From Candidatus Bathyarchaeota archaeon (lineage in GTDB: Archaea; Thermoproteota; Bathyarchaeia; Bathyarchaeales; Bathycorpusculaceae), in the NCBI GenBank assembly GCA_963827165.1, contig CAWGZR010000008.1:1-49798 (forward strand): a stretch of DNA of 49,798 bases. The letters run 5' to 3'. The notes under the pieces were generated by a model. That model was given only the letters and a program-made list of their open reading frames with translations, was not told the origin of the DNA and did no database searches. The stretch's first letter is position 1, and each line of letters starts with the position of its first letter. Below, one piece after another: positions 18,185 to 28,430 of the stretch. Position numbers and translations under genes: made by a program.

Positions 18185-20080
18185 TTATTTTAGGCGTTCT
18201 TTTAGGAGTTTGGCGACGAGTTCAGGGTTCGCTTTTCCGCGTACTTCCTTCATGACAGCTCCCATAAGCATCCCAAAGGCGCCTTTGCCTATTTTTTCAA
18301 CCTGCGCCTTGTTAGCTTCGAGAACGCGGTCAACAATCGGCACTAAGTCAGCTTCGGTGAACATTTTCAAGCCTAAAGCAGCTATTGCGTCGTGCACATT
18401 TTTGTCGTCGTTTTTTGAGAGCCAGCCGAAAACGTTTGAGAGGGCTTCTTTGGCGAGTTCTCCTGACCCGATGGCTTGGAAGATGGCTTTGATTTGGTCT
18501 TCGTTTACGGCGTCGATTTGGATGCCTTCGCGTTTTAGAGCTTTCAATGTTTCAGTCAGAAACGCCGCCGCAGTCGAAGCCGAAACCCCGCTTATGCCTG
18601 CGAGGTCTTCGAAGAGGAACATGTATTCTGAATCGGCTAGCTGTTTGGCTAATTTTTCGTTCAAGCCGTACTGCTTCGTGATGCGTGTGACTTTCTTTTC
18701 CGCTGGCTCGGGCAGGTTGCTGCGGATTTTATCCAGTAGCTCGTTGGTAATGGGCTGCGGTGGGATATCGGTTTCGGGGTACATTCTTGCGGCGCCAGGT
18801 CTAGGACGCATATAACGTGTTGTTCCATCATCTTTCGCTGTTCGCGTTTCAGCTGGAACCCCCTTGATGAGTTCCTGAGATCGTTCCACGACGGCTTTGA
18901 GTGCATCGGTGGCGTTTTCTGCTGTGTCAGCCACGAAGACAAAGCAGTCCGCTTCGCCTGCGCAGACGGCTTCGCGTACGGCTTCTACTTCTTCGGGTGT
19001 GATGCCGTAGTTCGGCATTTCGTCGGAGTGGAAGATGCCGCCGACTCTGCCCCAGAACTTTGCACGATCGGAGAGTTCAGTTCCGACTCGGAAGTCAGGC
19101 ATAAGCTCCCGCTTTAGCAAACCAGCGAAGCAGGGCAACTTTACAGCCATAACCTTCTGGTTTTTGTCGACAGCTTTGCGGATGACTTTGCTTTTTGTCT
19201 CCTTGAAGATTTCGGTAACGTCAACCAATTCGGCTTTGAGAGCGTCGATTTTCACTCCACGTCTAGCAAGCTCCTCTTTGACTTCAATGAGCCCAAGTTG
19301 CCGATTAACCTCATATTCAATGACCGTTGAGATTAACTCCAACTCTTGGACGCCTTTGATTTCAATTAGGGCCCCGTTTGGCAGCGAAACATTGACGTCT
19401 TGGCGAATCGTGCCTAAGCCACGCATGACTTTACCCGTATCACGCAATATCCTCCCGATAACCAAGGCGACTTCCTGCGCTTCCATCGGCGAGTAGATAA
19501 CGGGTCCAGTGGCGATTTCGATAAGCGGAATCCCGAGGCGGTCGATGCGGTAACGGATCGTTTTTCCCTCATCCTGTGTTCCCGTCTTGCGTGCGGCGTC
19601 CTCCTCGAGAAACAGAGCCTGAATCGGGATGACTTTTTCGCCGACTTTTATCCAACCGTCTGAGGCGATGGTGCAGGTGCGTTGAAACCCAGTGGTGTTT
19701 GAGCCGTCGATCACTGTCTTGCGCATGACATGGATTTCGTCAACGGGAGAAGCATTCATCATCAACGATACCGTCAAGAGGATTTCTACAGCTTGCAAGT
19801 TAATTGGATGCGGCGGTTCCTCATCCATCTCGACTAGGCATGAGCTGGTTTTGTTTGATTCGTATAGGATTCGAACCCCTTTCTGAAATTCAAAATAGGC
19901 TGCTGGGTCGACTTGTCCAAGTTCGCTTTGGGTTGGTCGCAATCGCCGCAGGAAGGTAATTTCGGGTTCACCTTTGAAAAGTTCTGGCGGGCAACTGCAG
20001 AACAGCTTGGTTTTGGCGTTTAACTGCTGGTGTATTTCCAGTCCCACTTTCAGACCAACTTTTGTGTAGTCAACTGTCAA
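18185..20080 (-). CDS. gatE: Glu-tRNA(Gln) amidotransferase subunit E
   Basis: GLKVGLEIHQQL, KLFCSCP, MRKTVIDGSNTTGFQRT, LEEDAAR, PRPGAARMYPETDIP; start set at TTG 20080. Confidence 0.97.
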   Translation of the reverse strand: MTVDYTKVGLKVGLEIHQQLNAKTKLFCSCPPELFKGEPEITFLRRLRPTQSELGQVDPAAYFEFQKGVRILYESNKTSSCLVEMDEEPPHPINLQAVEILLTVSLMMNASPVDEIHVMRKTVIDGSNTTGFQRTCTIASDGWIKVGEKVIPIQALFLEEDAARKTGTQDEGKTIRYRIDRLGIPLIEIATGPVIYSPMEAQEVALVIGRILRDTGKVMRGLGTIRQDVNVSLPNGALIEIKGVQELELISTVIEYEVNRQLGLIEVKEELARRGVKIDALKAELVDVTEIFKETKSKVIRKAVDKNQKVMAVKLPCFAGLLKRELMPDFRVGTELSDRAKFWGRVGGIFHSDEMPNYGITPEEVEAVREAVCAGEADCFVFVADTAENATDALKAVVERSQELIKGVPAETRTAKDDGTTRYMRPRPGAARMYPETDIPPQPITNELLDKIRSNLPEPAEKKVTRITKQYGLNEKLAKQLADSEYMFLFEDLAGISGVSASTAAAFLTETLKALKREGIQIDAVNEDQIKAIFQAIGSGELAKEALSNVFGWLSKNDDKNVHDAIAALGLKMFTEADLVPIVDRVLEANKAQVEKIGKGAFGMLMGAVMKEVRGKANPELVAKLLKERLK

Positions 20081-20081
20081 A

Positions 20082-21428
20082 TTAGTCCTCTCCCTCAACA
20101 ATCTTGTCTTGCGGAAGCGTCCTAGGCGAGAATTCTCCTGCCACGTTGGTTTTCAGAAGTTTTTCGGCTTCTTGCGGGTCTTTAGTTTGCCCAAGAGCCC
20201 ACATGAGTTTGACAAGGGCAGTTTCTGGAAACATATCGTCCGTGGGGATAACACCGAACGAGAGCAAATCCCTGCCTGTGTCGTACACGTTCATGTTCAC
20301 CCGTCCCCAGATGCATTGAGAAGCAAGTGCGACCACAACGCCTTTTGCGACGGCATTTTTGATGTTGTCGAAGCAGAATTTGCTTACGTGACCCAATCCC
20401 GAGCCTTCCAACAAAATGCCTTTCACGCCTTTTTCGACGTACCAGTCAATGACAGCGGGGTCAAGCCCAGGATAAAATTTGACTAACGCCACTTTTTCGC
20501 AGAAGTTCGGTTTCAAAACCAACTTTCGATTTGGGTCCCGGCGCTGGTACCTGTCTGCAACCATGGTTACTTGGCCATTTTTCACGGTTGCGATTGGGAA
20601 CCCGTTTATGGATTTAAAAGTGTCTCGTCGGCTTGTGTGGCATTTGCGGACTTTTGTTCCTCTGTGAACAACGATACTGACATCTGAAACGTGCTCGTGC
20701 ATTGCTAAGCCGACTTCTGCGAATGGCCCTTCACCAGCGACTTTCACGGCGCCGATGAGGTTTGTTGCTGCATCGCTGCTTGGTCGGTCACTGCTACGTT
20801 GCGCACCAACGACAATGACGGGAACTGGCAGGTTTTGCAGTGCGAAGCTGAGGGCGGCTGAAGTATAAGCCATAGTGTCCGTGCCATGCGCGATGACCAC
20901 GCCATCTACGCCTGTTTCGATGCGTTTAGCCACTGTTTCCGCAAGTTCTTTCCAGTGCTGAGGGGTAATGTTTTCGCTGTATAAACTAAAGACGATTTCT
21001 GTGTCAACCTTGGCGATGTCCGACAGTTCAGGGACTACGCCATACAGGTCGCTTGCTGAAATCGCCGAGCGTACTGCACCCGTTCGATAGTCCACCCGGC
21101 TAGCGATTGTTCCGCCCGTGCTCATGATTACAACATGTGGCAAAGAAGGGTTCTGCTTTGGTAGAGGCGGAGAAGCAAAAGCTGGTTTTGTGCCTTTCCC
21201 AATTTTTTCAATTTTCACTTCGGATGTAACGCGGATCCCAACGTTGTAGCCGCTTTTGATTTTGATGATGACTACGGTTCCTTCTCCGAGTTCTGAGCGG
21301 GGTATGAGGATCCCTTCGTAGATTTTATTTTTGCTGGTGATCCGAATTATATCGCCGACTTCGACGTCTGCAGCTTTCAGAGATTCCAAAGCTGCATCCC
21401 GATAACCTGACTCTTCAAGTTGACTCAT
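20082..21428 (-). CDS. gatD: Glu-tRNA(Gln) amidotransferase subunit D
   Basis: KSGYNVG, STGGTIASRVDYRTGAV, HGTDTMAY, GAQRSSDRPSSDA, KCHTSRRDTF; start set at ATG 21428. Confidence 0.97.
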   Translation of the reverse strand: MSQLEESGYRDAALESLKAADVEVGDIIRITSKNKIYEGILIPRSELGEGTVVIIKIKSGYNVGIRVTSEVKIEKIGKGTKPAFASPPLPKQNPSLPHVVIMSTGGTIASRVDYRTGAVRSAISASDLYGVVPELSDIAKVDTEIVFSLYSENITPQHWKELAETVAKRIETGVDGVVIAHGTDTMAYTSAALSFALQNLPVPVIVVGAQRSSDRPSSDAATNLIGAVKVAGEGPFAEVGLAMHEHVSDVSIVVHRGTKVRKCHTSRRDTFKSINGFPIATVKNGQVTMVADRYQRRDPNRKLVLKPNFCEKVALVKFYPGLDPAVIDWYVEKGVKGILLEGSGLGHVSKFCFDNIKNAVAKGVVVALASQCIWGRVNMNVYDTGRDLLSFGVIPTDDMFPETALVKLMWALGQTKDPQEAEKLLKTNVAGEFSPRTLPQDKIVEGED

Positions 21429-21429
21429 C

Positions 21430-23028
21430 TTAACCCTCCAATTTCTTAGACACGTAAACTCCATCGCGTTCGTAACCAAAACGCATGTAATACCTTCTTG
21501 TTCCTAATGCACTGATGACTAAAAGCTTTTTGAGACCGAAATCCTCTCGTGCCATGCGTTCGGCTTCCCTCAACAAATCAGCGCCAAAACCTTTATGCTG
21601 CCAAGCCATCGCGGAATGTTTCCCGACTGGCACGAGGGGTCCGTAAACGTGAAGTTCCCGAACGATCGCAGATGGCGCAGGATTAATTTCGGGCCTGAGC
21701 GCCTTTTCTGAAGGGATACGTAGACGCAGGTAGCCAAGCAGCACGTTGTTTTCCCAATCTTCGGCCGAAATGAAAACTTCCTGACCTTCCGAAGCATCAT
21801 AGCAGAAGCTTCGAATCTGGATTTTCTCCAATTCCGGCGCTACATTGTCAACCGCTAATCTGTGCCCAACTTCTCGGCAGCGGATACATTGGCACCTGAC
21901 CCCCTGCTGCTTCAGCCTTTCAGTGGCAAGTTGCCGGAGGTTGCTTTTTTTGACGCCTGCCAAAATCAAATGTGAAGGAATGTCTCGTTGAACTCGCATC
22001 ACCCTTATCCAAGGCGGAATAAAATGTTTGATTTCGGCGATGAGATCCGCGGCTTCCTCAGTTGTGTAAGGGGTGTAAGTGCCTTTTTGGTACCATTCGT
22101 ACGCTTTTGTTCCTGCGATGCACAAGCACGGGTAAATCTTTACCATGTCTGGCTTAAACGCTGGGTCAGTGAAAACCCTCTTGAAAGCGGCGAGGTCTTT
22201 TTCCCTGTTGGAGCCGGGCAATCCAGGCATCATGTGGTAAACGATTTTCAACCCAGCATCTTTCGCGATGCGGGTTGCCTCCTCTACGTCGGTCACGGTG
22301 TGTGTTCTTCCGACTAAGCGGTAAATGTTGTCGTCAGGGTTCTGTACTCCGAGTTCAATTCTGGTGACTCCCATCTCCAGTAAAGCGTCGATGTTGGGTT
22401 GTTTTGCCCAGTCAGGACGGGTTTCAACGGTTATACCGACGTTGCGTAAGGCGCTGGTTTCTGCGTTTGCTTTTGCTTCTTCCAAACTTGCAGAGGCTTT
22501 TCCTGTTATTGCGTCCAGACAGCGTCGGATAAACCAGGTTTGGTACTCTGCAGGTGTAGCTGGGAAGGTGCCGCCCATTATGATTAACTCGATTTTGTCA
22601 ACTTTATGTCCGATAGCTGTAAGCTGCTCGATGCGGCTTTGGACCTGCAGGTAGGGGTCGAAGTTGTTTTGTGCGCCACGCATCGCAGCTGGCTCGTGTC
22701 CCGTGTAGCTTTGAGGGCTGCCCTGCGACGGACCGCCCGGGCAGTATGCGCATGGCTCAGGCTGCGGGCAAGGATAAGGCTTAGTCATGGTTGCAACGAC
22801 GGTAACTCCGGAAATGGTGCGAGTTGTTTTCCTCCGCAAAATGGGCAGAAGCCGTTTGGTTTCCTGAGGCGTTAAAAGGCTTATCAGTTCCGAATTCGAA
22901 GGTACTTCCAAAAGCTTGTATTTGCCAGCGGCCTTCATCTTGAGACGGTTCAAATCATCGCGTGAAGCCTGCGGCATCTCTTTTAGAGTGTCGATGATTT
23001 CCCGCAGAGCCAAGGTCTTTTCTGTCAA
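21430..23028 (-). CDS. elp3: tRNA uridine(34) carboxymethylase Elp3 (radical SAM + acetyltransferase)
   Basis: RTISGVTVVA, CPQPEPCAYCPGG, QSYTGHEPAAMR, MGGTFP, ETRPD, KIYPC, VRELHVYG, QHKGFG. Confidence 0.96.
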   Translation of the reverse strand: MTEKTLALREIIDTLKEMPQASRDDLNRLKMKAAGKYKLLEVPSNSELISLLTPQETKRLLPILRRKTTRTISGVTVVATMTKPYPCPQPEPCAYCPGGPSQGSPQSYTGHEPAAMRGAQNNFDPYLQVQSRIEQLTAIGHKVDKIELIIMGGTFPATPAEYQTWFIRRCLDAITGKASASLEEAKANAETSALRNVGITVETRPDWAKQPNIDALLEMGVTRIELGVQNPDDNIYRLVGRTHTVTDVEEATRIAKDAGLKIVYHMMPGLPGSNREKDLAAFKRVFTDPAFKPDMVKIYPCLCIAGTKAYEWYQKGTYTPYTTEEAADLIAEIKHFIPPWIRVMRVQRDIPSHLILAGVKKSNLRQLATERLKQQGVRCQCIRCREVGHRLAVDNVAPELEKIQIRSFCYDASEGQEVFISAEDWENNVLLGYLRLRIPSEKALRPEINPAPSAIVRELHVYGPLVPVGKHSAMAWQHKGFGADLLREAERMAREDFGLKKLLVISALGTRRYYMRFGYERDGVYVSKKLEG

Positions 23029-23125
23029 AGCTCAATAAACCAAAATAAGGTCTAGTCAACAGATAAATAAACTAAGCTAACGATAAAGAATTTTTATGAG
23101 GTGAAAACAAGTTTTGACCTTACGC

Positions 23126-23287
23126 TTACATCCAGTTTTGGCCGGCTTTTCGCTGCAGAATCACACGTTTCTCGTAGTTGCGACGGGTCCGGGTTTTTGG
23201 GCTGGGAGAGGTTTTCGGGGTCGCTTGGATTTTCGGCGTTTGAGATCTTACTTTTCCAGCTTTCGATAAACTTCCGTGAGTTGGCAT
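23126..23287 (-). CDS. rps30e: 30S ribosomal protein eS30 (53 aa; absent from the ORF track)
   Basis: Manual translation [53 protein letters not shown] matches the HGSLxKAGKVRxQTPK signature. Confidence 0.95.
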   Translation of the reverse strand: MPTHGSLSKAGKVRSQTPKIQATPKTSPSPKTRTRRNYEKRVILQRKAGQNWM

Positions 23288-23595
23288 TATATTACACCTT
23301 GCACATTAAGCATAACTGTCACACTTAAATCTTTACCCGCAAAAAAACCAAAGAATTCCGAAGAAAACGAATGCTAACGCCATGGCAATTAAGTACCCCA
23401 TCTGCCTCTTCCCGGCATTGCCATCCAAGCATTGGTTTCCCATTTAACCTATAACTTTATTGGAAAAAAGGAAAAATGCAGACTGAAAAAACACCCGCAA
23501 ATTAGGCGCAAATAAAAAAGCGTTTTTCTCGTCATTTCTTTGCTACAAGCTATACGCTGAGTTAACAAGTTTTATATTCACATATAAAGAAAAAC

Positions 23596-25077
23596 GTGTC
23601 AATCGGTTACTCGGCGCTGATGGACATGAAGAAAATTCAAATTGGAAATCAGGGGTTTGGTAGAGCTGCAAAGTTTTTGGCTTTTGCGGTTTGTTTCATT
23701 GTTTTGTCTTCGTTGGCTGTTGCGCCTTTACATGCCTCAATTAGTTCTGCCAGGGACCTAAGTGGAACGTGGCAAAGCTCCTCTTCAGGCACGTACTATG
23801 AAATGGATGCCTTTGGCACAGGCATACGCCAAGCAGATGTTACGGGAACGTTCAGTATGGACGTAACTCAGGATAGCAGCCAAATAACCATTGCGCTATA
23901 CTTGAACCCGGTAAGTTGGGTTGTAGACCCCGCGTTCACTCAAGCATACGGAAGCGACGTAACAGGTGCTCCGCCAGTTGCCGGCGAAATTGATTTTTCA
24001 GGAACCGTTTCCAGCTCAAGCTTCACTGCGCAAGAAACTGGGAGCCAACTAACCTCGGAACAACTAGTAGGCACATTCACCACAAACATCATCACCGCCA
24101 CATTAAGCGGAACAGCGGAAGAAACAGACCAAAACGGCATAATCGTCACTCAAACAAGCTCGGCAACTTCGGGTCCGACTACAACCCCGGCAAATACCCC
24201 GCCAACGACCAATGAGCCACTCGCAAGCCGCTACTACGGTGATATCTCGTCAGTCAAGGGGCAAGCATGGTCTCCTGGAAGCAGCGGTAACACGCCTCGT
24301 TCAACTGGTCAAATAGTAAGCGGCACCGAAATCAAAACAGGCAATAACGGAATTGTAGCTTTTGAGACCCCTAACCAAGGTGGAACCGTTTATTTGGGCG
24401 CAAACAGCGACGGCGGCTGGGTAGGATTAACTTCAGAGCCTGCCCCAGACAACGGAATAACCTACATGATTTACCCGCTGGTGTCAGGCGGAACTATTTT
24501 TCCAAATGGCGCTGAGCAGCTAAGTGACCTAAAATACTCCGTATCCCTTGACGTTGCAATTGCGGTATTGGTTTTCACGCATCCTCTTGGGCAATCCCTA
24601 GCTATCGCCACCTTTGTCGAGGGAGGAGCTTTTCTGATACCTAATGGCGTCGCGTACGTCAAAGAAACTGTTTCGCATCTCATCGTCGTGCCTCAGGGAG
24701 CACTTGCAGGCGAAAACACAGAGTACACCGTAAACGTCTCTTCTAATGGAACAACCACAGTTCAGGTGATTGAGGGCCCAGTTATCTTCATGGATCCCGC
24801 ATCAAACAACACCGTGACTGTACAGTCAAATCAAGTATTGACGCTGCCGCCGACGCAAGCAACTGGGTTTAGCAAGTCTGACCTGCAATCTTACTTATCA
24901 ACTCTAGACAGCGCTTCGGTCAATCAATGGTGGATACAGGAATCAACGAGCTCTTTCTCAATGGGCGGGTTCATGAACTCATCTACGCTGATGGCGATTG
25001 TTGTTGTCGTTGTGGTTGCTGTAATAGCCGCCGTTGCCGCCTTGTCTGTGCGGAAAAAAAGGATGGCTTCGGTTTAA
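23596..25077 (+). CDS. Secreted, C-terminally membrane-anchored Ser/Thr-rich protein with a FecR-like beta domain
   Basis: Signal-peptide-like N-terminus, Thr/Pro linker, GDISSVKG..EIKTG..YLGANS..TEYTVNV..TTVQVIEGPV, C-terminal TM plus basic tail; true start may be ATG 23619 or 23625. Confidence 0.7.
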   Translation: MSIGYSALMDMKKIQIGNQGFGRAAKFLAFAVCFIVLSSLAVAPLHASISSARDLSGTWQSSSSGTYYEMDAFGTGIRQADVTGTFSMDVTQDSSQITIALYLNPVSWVVDPAFTQAYGSDVTGAPPVAGEIDFSGTVSSSSFTAQETGSQLTSEQLVGTFTTNIITATLSGTAEETDQNGIIVTQTSSATSGPTTTPANTPPTTNEPLASRYYGDISSVKGQAWSPGSSGNTPRSTGQIVSGTEIKTGNNGIVAFETPNQGGTVYLGANSDGGWVGLTSEPAPDNGITYMIYPLVSGGTIFPNGAEQLSDLKYSVSLDVAIAVLVFTHPLGQSLAIATFVEGGAFLIPNGVAYVKETVSHLIVVPQGALAGENTEYTVNVSSNGTTTVQVIEGPVIFMDPASNNTVTVQSNQVLTLPPTQATGFSKSDLQSYLSTLDSASVNQWWIQESTSSFSMGGFMNSSTLMAIVVVVVVAVIAAVAALSVRKKRMASV

Positions 25078-25147
25078 GTCCGAAAGATGGTAACCAAACG
25101 TCTTAGAAGGGCTAAGTAAACTTGCTCTCTCAATGTGGGAAATCTGG

Positions 25148-26686
25148 TCAGCCCGTGTAGTTTAGTATGTAGATGCTCAGGGGTGTGTGTCCAAAGGTTT
25201 GTTCAGGTGTTGCGGAAGTGAAGTTACCTGAGCTATTGATTTGGGCGTAGATGTCCATGAGTGTTACGGTTGAGTTGAAGTAGTCTATGTGGTTTCCGCC
25301 GAATTCCGTTGTGAAAATGAATTTGACATTATACAGCTGGCACCGGCTGATTATGACAGTGACGTTGAAAGTGGGATCTATGATTCTTGACCAAGGATAA
25401 CTATAAAGTTGAATTCGGGATCCTCCATCTTTGAGAAGATAAAACTGTATTATGCCTTGGCTGAAGTAGTTATCTGGACAAAGCACCATTATCGGTTGGT
25501 TCGAAGGGTCATGCGATATGGCGTATTTGACGGCCTGTTCCAAGTGAAAAGGCGCTGCTTCAGAGTTTGTCCAATAGATAGTGTCGTTTACACTGCAAAA
25601 AACAGATAGGCATGCAAGGACTATCAGGACTAAACCGCCTATTTTCGTTAATGTTTTTCGGTTTAGACTCCGCACTTCCGCGAACGTGAATGTGAGAAAA
25701 ACCGCCGCGCCAATCGCTAAAACTGGGAACAAAGGAAGGACATAACGCCAATTTTTGTTGCTTACCAACGTGTAAAAAACAAAAACAGTAACGAACCATA
25801 TCAACAGAAGTTTGTCAGCTCTTAGTCGTCTAAAAGCAAATACTCCCAAGCCGAGTAAGCCAAAAATGTACGGCAAAAGCGAAATCGGGTGAATGGTTGG
25901 ATATATGCTGTTCATTTCCGTTAGGTAGTAAGTTGGCGCTATCGTTCGGCTTCCATTGGCACTCATTCCGATAACGCTAAGCCACATTCCAAGGTAGGAC
26001 TGGAGGCTGTAGATAAAATATCCGATAACCGCCACCAGCACAGCGATTATGGCAACATAGCGTTTTTTTGAAAATGGCCTCTTAAGTTGGCTTCGGCTGA
26101 AAAGCAGAATGCCGAAAAACATCACGAGCATGGCGACGACAATTTGGTATTTGACTAAAAGACCAATGATAAAGGTCAATGCTATGAAGATTAAGTTTCT
26201 GTCTTGGTGAGTTTGCAGCCAAAGGTAAAAGAAGAAAATGGATAGTACAAAAAAGAACGTGAGCATTATGTCTAGCAAGGCAAAATGAGACGCGTAAAAG
26301 TAACCGGGCATTAAACCCAAGAAAATTGAGCTTATCAACGCGGTTTTAGAGTTGTAGACTTTGGATGTGAACTCGAAAACTACCCAAAGGAGCAAGACTG
26401 AGAAGATAGAATCAATTATTCTTGCAGAGACAACGCTTACGCCGAAAACGTTGTAAGAGAGGAAAGTTAGGCCGTCATAGAGGGGCGGATAAAACAAGTT
26501 GCCTGAGAATTGTTTGTACATTCCAAGTTTAAGAAATAATCCATTGTCAAGATGTGCGGCTTCATCCCATTGAATAGGCATGTTTGAAAGGTTCATAATT
26601 AAAAAAGCAACAAGGATGCTTAGGTAGCAAATGGCGAAAACCAAGAAGGCTAACCTGAAGTTAAAGCTGCCTTTCAATATCCGCAT
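25148..26686 (-). CDS. GT-C glycosyltransferase (GT39/GT83, ArnT/PMT-like)
   Basis: QWDEAAH, YPPLY, VVSAR, LVKY, WRYVLPLFP in a polytopic membrane protein. Confidence 0.82.
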   Translation of the reverse strand: MRILKGSFNFRLAFLVFAICYLSILVAFLIMNLSNMPIQWDEAAHLDNGLFLKLGMYKQFSGNLFYPPLYDGLTFLSYNVFGVSVVSARIIDSIFSVLLLWVVFEFTSKVYNSKTALISSIFLGLMPGYFYASHFALLDIMLTFFFVLSIFFFYLWLQTHQDRNLIFIALTFIIGLLVKYQIVVAMLVMFFGILLFSRSQLKRPFSKKRYVAIIAVLVAVIGYFIYSLQSYLGMWLSVIGMSANGSRTIAPTYYLTEMNSIYPTIHPISLLPYIFGLLGLGVFAFRRLRADKLLLIWFVTVFVFYTLVSNKNWRYVLPLFPVLAIGAAVFLTFTFAEVRSLNRKTLTKIGGLVLIVLACLSVFCSVNDTIYWTNSEAAPFHLEQAVKYAISHDPSNQPIMVLCPDNYFSQGIIQFYLLKDGGSRIQLYSYPWSRIIDPTFNVTVIISRCQLYNVKFIFTTEFGGNHIDYFNSTVTLMDIYAQINSSGNFTSATPEQTFGHTPLSIYILNYTG

Positions 26687-27327
26687 ACCCCACCCCGCTC
26701 GCTGTCACCACGGGCAACGATTCTTTTTTAGTGCTAACTTTGTTCAATCAAAATATAAGGTTTGGCAGAATGCACTTTTATAAACTAATTGGATAGAAAA
26801 AGGATTCACTATAAAGAAGAGAGCCTGCAAGTCGTAAAAAATGAAAGCGAACTACAGCAACATTTAACCAACACGCTTGCGCCTACTTTATTGCCTCGCC
26901 AAAATTGAGCACCCATAACGACGGACTCAACAGAGGTACGCAAGAAACACAAATCTTGCACCCATGACGATAGGGTTCTACCCAATTATGGAACAGGCGA
27001 GGCGCGGGCGAAAAAAAATCCCATGCCGAGAGAACTTAGCTAAGCAAAAGGCAGAGCCCAGCTATGCGGTTAAGCGTTAGGTTACATGGGAGACAAAAAA
27101 GCCCGTAAAAAAGTTACCGCCCGTTTCCATTAATTTATGCCTTGCTTACGCAATCGAACGCATAGAATATAAAAGAAATAGCGCCTCTTCTCGTCTGGAA
27201 AAACTTTAAAACCTGAATAGCATAGTAAAATGACGAATAGCTTAAGATGATTAGGTTTACATTTTCAATACTTTGAGTATTGAGACTTTTAAATCCCTAA
27301 TCCGTATTAGCTATGAAGAACTGAGCC

Positions 27328-28425
27328 GTGAACAATTTGGATTTAGAGAAGAGGATTGAGCTTATCTGCAGACCGCCGACGGAAGAGGTTGTTACACCTG
27401 AGGATCTGCGTCACCTTTTGGAAACTGAAGAGCACCCTATAGCCTACAACGGTTGGGAGCCGTCGGGGCTGGCGCATTTGGGTACGGGTGTTATTTGCGC
27501 TTATAAAATGAAGGATTTCGCTGAGGCAGGCGTGCATTTCAAGGCGTACTTGTCCACTTGGCATGCTTGGCTGAACAACAAGTTAGGGGGCGACTTGACT
27601 CTTATCCGCAAAGCCGCTGATCTTTTCAGACATTCTTGGCTGAGCCTCGGCGTACCCGGTGACAAAGTAGAATTCATCTATTCAGACGAACTCTACAAAG
27701 ACATTGACTACTGGGCTAAAACAGTAATAATCGCTAAGAACCTGACCATTGCCAGAACCACTCGAACGCTTGAAATCGCAGGAAGACAGGAAGCTGAAGC
27801 CCACTACGTTTCAGACTACCTGTACACGCCCATGCAAGTCGCAGATATTTTCCAGCTGAAAGTAAAAATCTGCCAGTTAGGCATGGACCAACGCAAAGCC
27901 AACATGGTCGCAAGGGAAATCGGGGAAAAAATAGGCTGCTGGAAACCCACCTGTATTCATCATCATTTGCTGCAGGGTTTAGAGAAGCCAAAGATTTGGC
28001 CGATTCCTGAGGGGCAGGAAAAGGAGGCGGTGGCGTCAGCTAAGATGTCTAAGAGCAAGCCACAGACTTGCATATTTATCTACGATTCGCCCGACGAAAT
28101 CAAAGAGAAGATGGCGAAAGCTTTCTGCCCAGAAAAAACCATTAAATTTAACCCGATAATGGACATCTGCAAATACATTATTTTCCGTGAGAAACCCGTT
28201 TTTAGAGTGGAGCGTCCAGCGAAGTTCGGAGGAAACGTTGAGTTCCAAAGTTTTCAAGAGCTTGAATCGGCTTATTCAGAAGGTAAACTTCATCCAATGG
28301 ATCTGAAAAATGGTGTTGCAGCCGACTTGGCAGATGTTCTTGAGCCTGTACGTCGGTACTTTGCAAACAACAAGGAAGCCATGGACTGCTTAGAAACCGT
28401 GCGGCAAGCTAAGATTACAAGGTAG
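27328..28425 (+). CDS. tyrS: Tyrosine--tRNA ligase (archaeal type)
   Basis: YNGWEPSGLAHLG (HIGH-like), YTPMQVADIF, GMDQRK, KMSKS, KFGG, LHPMDLK. Confidence 0.95.
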   Translation: MNNLDLEKRIELICRPPTEEVVTPEDLRHLLETEEHPIAYNGWEPSGLAHLGTGVICAYKMKDFAEAGVHFKAYLSTWHAWLNNKLGGDLTLIRKAADLFRHSWLSLGVPGDKVEFIYSDELYKDIDYWAKTVIIAKNLTIARTTRTLEIAGRQEAEAHYVSDYLYTPMQVADIFQLKVKICQLGMDQRKANMVAREIGEKIGCWKPTCIHHHLLQGLEKPKIWPIPEGQEKEAVASAKMSKSKPQTCIFIYDSPDEIKEKMAKAFCPEKTIKFNPIMDICKYIIFREKPVFRVERPAKFGGNVEFQSFQELESAYSEGKLHPMDLKNGVAADLADVLEPVRRYFANNKEAMDCLETVRQAKITR

Positions 28426-28430
28426 CGGCG

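Noticed and set aside
18171-19886. Plus-strand ORFs (214, 153, 64 aa) over gatE, and similar antisense ORFs over MFS, SDR, nrdD and ABC genes
   Set aside because: Fully overlap confidently identified genes on the opposite strand or frame
23101-23328. 75-aa plus-strand ORF
   Set aside because: Antisense to rps30e
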